64,000 nucleotides of DNA. Origin: Bdellovibrionales bacterium (lineage in GTDB: Bacteria > Bdellovibrionota > Bdellovibrionia > Bdellovibrionales > UBA1609). Below the pieces are notes generated by a model. The model was not told the origin of the DNA. It ran no database searches and saw only the letters and a program-made list of their open reading frames with translations. Location: contig JAHDIR010000001.1 in the NCBI GenBank assembly GCA_020630675.1, forward strand, positions 89,015 through 153,014, written 5' to 3'. This document shows, piece by piece, positions 58,087-64,000 of the stretch. The translations under genes and the position numbers were made by a program. The number at the start of each line of letters is the position of its first letter. Position 1 is the first letter of the stretch.

Positions 58087-58740
58087 ATGGAGTCGATTCA
58101 AAGCTTTAGAGATAAATTGGTTGAGGTCTGCCAAAGACTTTACAGTAAAAATATGCTGGCAGCTGCTGATGGAAATGTCAGTTGTCGTTTACCCAATGAT
58201 CAAATTCTTATCACTCCTGCAGGAGTTTCTAAAACTCGTATTTCGAGTAAAGACCTCTGCTTATTAAGCCTTGATGGAAAAGTCCTTGAAGGGCAACCGT
58301 CGAGTGAAAGGTTAATGCACCTTTATGTCTATCAAAACTGCCCTGAGGCTCGATCCGTGGTTCATGCTCATCCTCCTCACGCGATTGCTTGGAGTGTTGC
58401 TCATCCTGAATTGACGGAGTTACCCTCAACCTGTTTATCAGAAGTGATTTTGGCTGCTGGGAGAATTCCCTTTGTTCCTTATGCTCGGCCATCAACTCTT
58501 GATATGGGTTCTAATATGAAACCCTTTCTTCCTGAATGTCGCTTACTTATTCTTTCTCGTCATGGTGCTCTTAGTTGGGGGGAAAGTATTGAAGAAGCTT
58601 ATATGGGGATGGAACGTATCGAGCATTCAGCTCAAATTTTATATTTAGCCAATAGCATGAAAAGCTTAACTCATTTACCCGCAGAAGAGGTTGATGCCTT
58701 ACGAGCTATGAGAAAAAAAATAGGAAATAAAACATTATGA
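58087..58740 (+). CDS. Class II aldolase/adducin-family protein (MtnB dehydratase or Ald2-type MTRu-1-P aldolase)
   Basis: GNVSCRL, ITPAGVSK and VVHAHPPHAIAW motifs. ATGA overlap with mtnA. Start uncertain (58069 TTG or 58087 ATG). Confidence 0.8.
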   Translation: MESIQSFRDKLVEVCQRLYSKNMLAAADGNVSCRLPNDQILITPAGVSKTRISSKDLCLLSLDGKVLEGQPSSERLMHLYVYQNCPEARSVVHAHPPHAIAWSVAHPELTELPSTCLSEVILAAGRIPFVPYARPSTLDMGSNMKPFLPECRLLILSRHGALSWGESIEEAYMGMERIEHSAQILYLANSMKSLTHLPAEEVDALRAMRKKIGNKTL

Positions 58741-59762
58741 ACTTAACTGCAATGTCGTTAAAATATATTAACGGACAACTTTCAATTTTAGACCAAACTT
58801 TACTCCCATTTCAAGAAACTTGGGTGGATGTTAAAGGTCCGGATGAAATGTTTAATGTTATAAAAACTTTGAAAGTAAGGGGAGCTCCCTTAATAGGAGT
58901 TTCAGCCGCCCTTTGTTTGGCCTCTTATTCTAAAGAAGAGAAACACAGTGAACTTTTTATTAACAAGGCTTTGTATTTACGAGAAAGCCGTCCAACAGCC
59001 GTTAACTTGATGGTGGCCATTGACCGACTTATTGCTGTTGCTAAAAAAAATTACAGTATCGAAAATATAGAAAAAGAAGCCTTTCAAATTTTTAAAGAAG
59101 ATGAAGATTTATGCGAGTCAATTAGTCGCCATGGTGCTGATTTAATTAAAGACGATGAAACAATTATAACTCATTGTAATACAGGAGGGCTTGCCACTGT
59201 TGGTTCAGGAACGGCTTTAGGTGTTATTGCTAAGGCTCACTCTCAAGGAAAAAAACTTCATATTTATGTCGATGAAACTCGGCCCCTTCTCCAGGGCGGA
59301 CGGTTGACCACATGGGAGCTCGACCACCTCAATATTCCTTATAATCTCATCTGTGATAATATGGCCGGATTTGTGATGAAGGAAAATAAAGTAGATAAAG
59401 TGATTGTGGGAGCGGATCGTATTGCTTTAAACGGAGACTTCGCCAATAAAATAGGAACTTACTCATTAGCTGTTCTTTGTAAATATCATGGGGTTGATTT
59501 TTATGTCGCAGCTCCTTACACCACAATCGACTTTGATTGCCCAACAGGTAAAGATATTCCTGTTGAGCAACGCCAGCCTTTTGAATTAAAAGGTTTAAGA
59601 GGGCACTTTGGGCAAGTTCAATGGGCTAAGCGAGAAGGGGTTTCGTCTTATAACCCGGCTTTTGATGTAACACCAGCAGAGCTAGTCACTGGTTGGATTT
59701 TAGATAAAGGAGTTTTTGACTCCTCAACTATTGATCAAATTAAAAATATGAAAGAGGTGTAG
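58737..59762 (+). CDS. mtnA: S-methyl-5-thioribose-1-phosphate isomerase
   Basis: eIF-2B-like fold. Motifs VRGAPLIGV, TRPLLQGGRLTTWEL, VGADRIALNGD..NKIGTY and AFDVTPAELV. Confidence 0.92.
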   Translation: MNLTAMSLKYINGQLSILDQTLLPFQETWVDVKGPDEMFNVIKTLKVRGAPLIGVSAALCLASYSKEEKHSELFINKALYLRESRPTAVNLMVAIDRLIAVAKKNYSIENIEKEAFQIFKEDEDLCESISRHGADLIKDDETIITHCNTGGLATVGSGTALGVIAKAHSQGKKLHIYVDETRPLLQGGRLTTWELDHLNIPYNLICDNMAGFVMKENKVDKVIVGADRIALNGDFANKIGTYSLAVLCKYHGVDFYVAAPYTTIDFDCPTGKDIPVEQRQPFELKGLRGHFGQVQWAKREGVSSYNPAFDVTPAELVTGWILDKGVFDSSTIDQIKNMKEV

Positions 59763-59764
59763 AG

Positions 59765-60613
59765 ATGTTAGGAATTATTGGTGGTTCTGGTTTTGAAAAG
59801 TTTGACGGCTTTAAGGTCATTGAGGAGCTACCTCGAGAAACCCCTTTTGGTCTTTGTTCCAGTAGTTTTAAAAAAGTGGAAATAGATGGAGTTGAATGTT
59901 TATTTTTATCCCGTCATGGAAGTCATCATGAGCTACTTCCCTCTGAGATTAACTATAGAGCCAATGTCTATAATTTCAAAAAATTTGGAGCTGAAGCTGT
60001 GGTTTCTTTTTCGGCAGTCGGTAGCTTAGCTAAAGAATTCAAGCCTGGAGATATGGTGATACCTACTCAGTATATAGATCGCACAAAGGGCTTAAGAGCA
60101 CATACCTTTTTAGGAGATGGGCTTGTTGGTCATGTGTCGTTGGCAAAACCCATTAGTTCGGTGATGTTGGAAAACGCTATGGCCAAATCCCAGGGTAAGT
60201 CTTGGGATAGCCACTTTAGTAAAACTTACGTTTGTATTGAAGGCCCTTACTTCTCAACGCAAGCAGAATCGAAATGGTTTTGTTCTATGGGAGCAGATAT
60301 TATTGGTATGACTCATTTTCCTGAATTTGCTTTAATGCGTGAGGCCGGGCTGTCCTATCTTCCTTGTTGTTTTGTCACAGATTATGACTGTTGGGATGAC
60401 TCAATTGCTCATGTGACCTTGCAAGAGGTACTTGAAGTGATGAGAAATAATAATGCTAAGGCATATAACTTAACCCAAGACTTAGTCGCACTCAAAGAAC
60501 ATTTGTGGCAGGGTTGTCAGAATGTAAAGGAAGGTTTAGCCAGTGGCTTAATGACTCCTGAATCTCTGTGGCCAGAAGGTTCAAAGTCATGGTTAAACAC
60601 ACTATTAAATTAA
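59765..60613 (+). CDS. mtnP: S-methyl-5'-thioadenosine phosphorylase
   Basis: LGIIGGSGF, FLSRHG and GMTHFPEFALMREAGL motifs of MTAP/PNP family 2. Confidence 0.9.
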   Translation: MLGIIGGSGFEKFDGFKVIEELPRETPFGLCSSSFKKVEIDGVECLFLSRHGSHHELLPSEINYRANVYNFKKFGAEAVVSFSAVGSLAKEFKPGDMVIPTQYIDRTKGLRAHTFLGDGLVGHVSLAKPISSVMLENAMAKSQGKSWDSHFSKTYVCIEGPYFSTQAESKWFCSMGADIIGMTHFPEFALMREAGLSYLPCCFVTDYDCWDDSIAHVTLQEVLEVMRNNNAKAYNLTQDLVALKEHLWQGCQNVKEGLASGLMTPESLWPEGSKSWLNTLLN

Positions 60614-60643
60614 CTTTTAAACTCAAAATATAAAACCAGTGCT

Positions 60644-61621
60644 TTATTTACTTTTTTCAAAATGATAAGCAGATAGACAGATGGCCTCTAGGTCATTGTA
60701 TTGAGGGCTCCATAAACTCTCTTTTTTAAAGCGGTCGCTGTTGGCGGTTAAGCACGGTGGGTCTCCGTCTCTTCGACCTGCTTCTATCACTGGAAAGTCA
60801 ATTCCGCTCACTTTTTTCATAGTTTGAATGACTTCTTTGACTGTATACCCTTGACCATACCCAACATTATAAACTAACTGAGAAGGCGCGCCTTTTTGCA
60901 AAAGATGCAGGGCCTTGATATGAGCCTGCGAAATGTCTTTGAGGTGAATATAATCACGAATACAAGTGCCATCTCGTGTAAGGTAATCGTTGCCAAAAAT
61001 CTTAAGAGGGTGAGAGAGTTTTCCACAGGCCGCTAGGCTTGCTAAAGGGATTAGTTGGGTGGGTTGACTATGTAGGGGGCCTAGATTTTTATCTAGGTCA
61101 GCCCCAGCGACATTAAAGTAGCGCAAACTTAAACTTGAAAATTGGGTGGACTGTAAAGTAGCTAAAAGTTGTTCGACCATAAGCTTTGATTGTCCATAGG
61201 GGTTGATGGGAGCGCTAGGGGTGTGACCGGCAACAGTGGGTTGGTTGACATTGCCATAAATTGTACAGCTGGAGCTAAATATAAAGTGCTTCACTGAGTA
61301 GTTTTGACAAAACAGAAGTAAAGCTTTTGTTTTGTCAAAATTATTTTCTAGATACATTTGTCGTTTATAAGTGCTTTCTTCTACACTTAAGTAAGCGGCA
61401 AAATGAAAAATAGTTTCAATAGGTTGGGAGTGATTTATTTTTTTTAATAAGCTGTGATCAGAAAAGTCACCAAAGTAAAAGTCAGCCAGTTGAGGAATAT
61501 TTTTAATACTTCCGGTGGAGAGATTGTCAATAATACTGACTTTATAACCAAGGTCTAGAAGGCAAGAAACGGTATGAGAGCCAATGTACCCGGCTCCTCC
61601 CGTGACTAAAATATGAGACAT
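60644..61621 (-). CDS. galE: UDP-glucose 4-epimerase
   Basis: ILVTGGAGYIGSH Rossmann motif, YGQSK catalytic motif. 325 aa. Confidence 0.9.
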   Translation of the reverse strand: MSHILVTGGAGYIGSHTVSCLLDLGYKVSIIDNLSTGSIKNIPQLADFYFGDFSDHSLLKKINHSQPIETIFHFAAYLSVEESTYKRQMYLENNFDKTKALLLFCQNYSVKHFIFSSSCTIYGNVNQPTVAGHTPSAPINPYGQSKLMVEQLLATLQSTQFSSLSLRYFNVAGADLDKNLGPLHSQPTQLIPLASLAACGKLSHPLKIFGNDYLTRDGTCIRDYIHLKDISQAHIKALHLLQKGAPSQLVYNVGYGQGYTVKEVIQTMKKVSGIDFPVIEAGRRDGDPPCLTANSDRFKKESLWSPQYNDLEAICLSAYHFEKSK

Positions 61622-63517
61622 TTATTTGAAAAGCCCTTTCAGAAGCTTTTTTCCTTCCTTTTTTAGAGATTCAGACTTTAACTTTTTAAGTGCCCCTTTG
61701 CCGTTTTTCAAATCACTAATTTCTTTTTTAATTTTATCTAAATGCCCTTCTTTTCCCTTTAAGTCAGACAAAGAGCCTGACGAAAATTTTTTAAACCGAG
61801 ATTGAAGTTTCTCTTTGGCTTTTTCAGAACTCCCAAAAAGCTTTGACTTAATTTTATCTTCGGCTTCTTTGACTTTATCGTTAATTTTTTGTTTAAAAGC
61901 CTTGCTAAGTTCAGAGCCAAAGTTGGAGTTTAAGCTGAGGTCAAAATCTTTCCAAGTGCCCTTTACAGATCCGTTGAGAGTGAGTGCTGGCATTTTATTT
62001 AAAGTAGAAAGTACGACCTTCTTTAAACTTTCAGATTTTCCTTCAACATTATAGTTGGGTTGCTTGAATTCATTCTTTAAGTTGAGTTGAATATTGTTGT
62101 TGCTGTGGGTCGCTGAAATTTTACTAGCCAGTAAAGACTTAGCCATTGAGATAGCAAGATCACTTCCTTTTGAAAGAACCAAGTTTTTGGTAGGAAAGCT
62201 ATCCACTGAAAACTCAACCGTTTCTTTAGGTATATCCTCACGATGATCAACAGTGATAAGTGCTTGGATACCTCGAACTTGCTGTTGAGGGGCGTCTCCT
62301 TTGATGTCAGCGATTATAGGTAAGCCAATATGTTTTGGGTTATTAGTTATATTGGTGATTTTCCCAGCAAAGTTACCATTAACCCCTTTTTCATTGACGG
62401 TGGACGAAACATTGACATTTTTAATCCAAAATTTAGGGTAAGAATTCTTTTTTGGAAAGTAGTAGTTTTTTCCACGTCCGCGTTTTCTGGGCACGACCAC
62501 TTGTTCTTTATTTTCTTTCTTTTTTTCAGGTAAGTAGCTTTGCACCATAGCTATATACCTTTTAAACTCAACGAGTTTCGATTGTATAATAGGAAAGAAA
62601 ACACCTTTAGATATATCACTAGGGTTAATAGAGGGGATTTTCAATTTATTTTTTATACCCTGTAAATCACTTTTGATGAGTTTATCAATTCCTTTAATTT
62701 CATTGGAGTATTTACTAACGTCTTTTTTTAGATCTGAACTCGTTGTTTTATAAGATTGAATAGTAGCTTGAACCTCTTTGTAAAGTTTAGAGGCTTCTTT
62801 GACTCTTCCGGCAATCTCTAAACCGTTTTTTGATTTGGCACTTAAAGCCTTTGCTCTTTGCTCGTATTTTTTAAACTCTTCTTTTTTGGGAAGTTGATCA
62901 ATTCGCTTTTTCCAATACTCTTCTTTTTCTTTGATTTCTTTTTCAAGGTTTTTGACATACTGGTCACTTTTTAATTCATATTGTAGGCTTTTAAGTTGAT
63001 CATCAACGTCTGTACCTTTTGAGAGTTGGTAAAGATCGCTAACAATATTTTCAGAAACTTGCTCTTTGATATTGTTTTCCACGCCAGATTGTATACCACG
63101 ATAGCCTGTTTTATCTGATAGCTTTAGAACTCGACCAGGTTTTTTTCTCTCAACCATTGTTTGAATATTTTTTATATTAGAATCAGGAACTATGTATTTG
63201 GCTTGTAAAAGAGCTTTCCAAATAAAATGTAAACTGATTTCATCAAAGCGAACAACATCTAGTTTAGGGTCTCTATCGTATGTAAATTGAACTCCATATA
63301 TTCCAACTTTTAGATCTTTCACTGAAGTTTTCACTTGAGCAATATTGACCTCGGCACCATGAGCATGAGTGAGCCCCCATTCCAAAGCTTTTCTTATATT
63401 GTGGTCAAAGAAAAATACAAGATAAAGACATATTAACCCAAGAATAAATAGAGTGGGCAAAATTGCCTCGAAACGAAAGATTCCTTTTTTAATTTTTTTT
63501 GTTTTTATTTTATCCAT
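61622..63517 (-). CDS. Large Lys-rich membrane-anchored protein, TIGR03545/AsmA-like (tentative)
   Basis: One N-terminal TM segment (ILPTLFILGLICLYLVFFF) followed by a long periplasmic beta/coiled region. Start set to ATG 63517, which overlaps the upstream stop by 8 nt. Confidence 0.6.
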   Translation of the reverse strand: MDKIKTKKIKKGIFRFEAILPTLFILGLICLYLVFFFDHNIRKALEWGLTHAHGAEVNIAQVKTSVKDLKVGIYGVQFTYDRDPKLDVVRFDEISLHFIWKALLQAKYIVPDSNIKNIQTMVERKKPGRVLKLSDKTGYRGIQSGVENNIKEQVSENIVSDLYQLSKGTDVDDQLKSLQYELKSDQYVKNLEKEIKEKEEYWKKRIDQLPKKEEFKKYEQRAKALSAKSKNGLEIAGRVKEASKLYKEVQATIQSYKTTSSDLKKDVSKYSNEIKGIDKLIKSDLQGIKNKLKIPSINPSDISKGVFFPIIQSKLVEFKRYIAMVQSYLPEKKKENKEQVVVPRKRGRGKNYYFPKKNSYPKFWIKNVNVSSTVNEKGVNGNFAGKITNITNNPKHIGLPIIADIKGDAPQQQVRGIQALITVDHREDIPKETVEFSVDSFPTKNLVLSKGSDLAISMAKSLLASKISATHSNNNIQLNLKNEFKQPNYNVEGKSESLKKVVLSTLNKMPALTLNGSVKGTWKDFDLSLNSNFGSELSKAFKQKINDKVKEAEDKIKSKLFGSSEKAKEKLQSRFKKFSSGSLSDLKGKEGHLDKIKKEISDLKNGKGALKKLKSESLKKEGKKLLKGLFK

Positions 63518-64000
63518 ATAAGCTCTCGTATTTTCTGTACCATTGGTAAACGACAGAAAGTTTAAAGGCTTTCCATAGTTTTGTTTGTTTAAATCGCTCA
63601 AGAATAGTGGCTCTATATTTTTTAATTAAAACAATAGAAGCCACATAAATTATGGGAGCTAAAAGAAAAGAAACCGCACCAGACCCCATCACAATACTGT
63701 TGTAAAACCTAGTAAAAGGAATGATCGGCTGGTTATAAAGATTTACAAATAAACTTTGAAGGCTGTTGGCTTCAAGAATAGTACTTCCGACGGAATGAAA
63801 AACAGGGTCTAGGGCCCAAGCAATAAAAGAAAAGAAAAATGCAGCCACAAAAGCAGCTCCAATTTGAATTCTAAATATAAACAAGCACACAAAGATAAAA
63901 GCACTTTGTAGGGAGAAGTTAGGTGTCATGCCTAAAATAAAACCGCAAGTGATTCCTGCGGCAATAGACTTATGACCGGTGTCGGAGTTGAGTAAACGAA
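63510..64000 (-). CDS. Small polytopic membrane protein (TIGR03546/DUF2062-like, tentative), 5' end outside the window
   Basis: The reading frame stays open upstream of the track ATG (63929) to the window edge: ...RLLNSDTGHKSIAAGITCGFILGMTPNF... The gene is therefore probably longer than the track ORF. Confidence 0.55.
   Translation of the reverse strand, partial: RLLNSDTGHKSIAAGITCGFILGMTPNFSLQSAFIFVCLFIFRIQIGAAFVAAFFFSFIAWALDPVFHSVGSTILEANSLQSLFVNLYNQPIIPFTRFYNSIVMGSGAVSFLLAPIIYVASIVLIKKYRATILERFKQTKLWKAFKLSVVYQWYRKYESLYG

Noticed and set aside
58049-58267. 72-aa ORF with a well-spaced AAGGAG-TTG start upstream of the aldolase gene
   Set aside because: It is out of frame with, and almost entirely overlapped by, the conserved class II aldolase ORF, and its product has no recognisable features. 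The RBS may instead serve the aldolase via the 58069 TTG or 58087 ATG. The start site is left as uncertain.

Overview
AT-rich chromosomal segment from a Gram-negative (diderm) bacterium. The gene content and order, including pilB-pilT-pilC-pilS-pilR as in Myxococcus, suggest a deltaproteobacteria-like or Bdellovibrio-like lineage; this is inference only. Most of the window is conserved housekeeping. It starts with a phosphate/polyphosphate block: pstB 3' end, phoU, ppx, a sixA-like gene and ppk1. These are followed by crcB, rpsT, murJ and mazG. A long co-directional envelope-biogenesis run spans 16.8-30.1 kb: pgpH-like 7TM-HD, ybeY, prfB with its +1 frameshift, lolC/lolD, bamA, skp, fabZ, lpxA, lpxB, lpxK and lpxL. 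After it come a sigma54 response regulator with a CHASE2 kinase, ribF, and the type IV pilus cluster pilBTC-pilSR. Further on are mgtE, recO, a mnmD-like gene, a TIGR01212 radical SAM gene, an aldolase-mtnA-mtnP cluster and galE. The clear accessory region is about 45.05-50.3 kb, immediately downstream of pilR where a pilin gene would be expected. It holds decayed genes (an N-terminally truncated nucleotidyltransferase and a start-less BrnT/DUF497 toxin fragment with an intact HTH antitoxin), a cupin, several small secreted or lipoprotein ORFs, and a Cys-rich tandem-repeat peptide. It also carries about eight copies of a ~45-60 nt intergenic element (ATTGAGTACTT ... TTCTAGAC ... CACGTTATTTTGCT), each placed directly 3' of an ORF in an orientation-linked way. 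I could not assign that element to any known class, and it is the most interesting signal in the window. No rRNA, tRNA, CRISPR array, transposase or integrase was seen. No recognisable phage-defence or other multi-gene novel system was identified.
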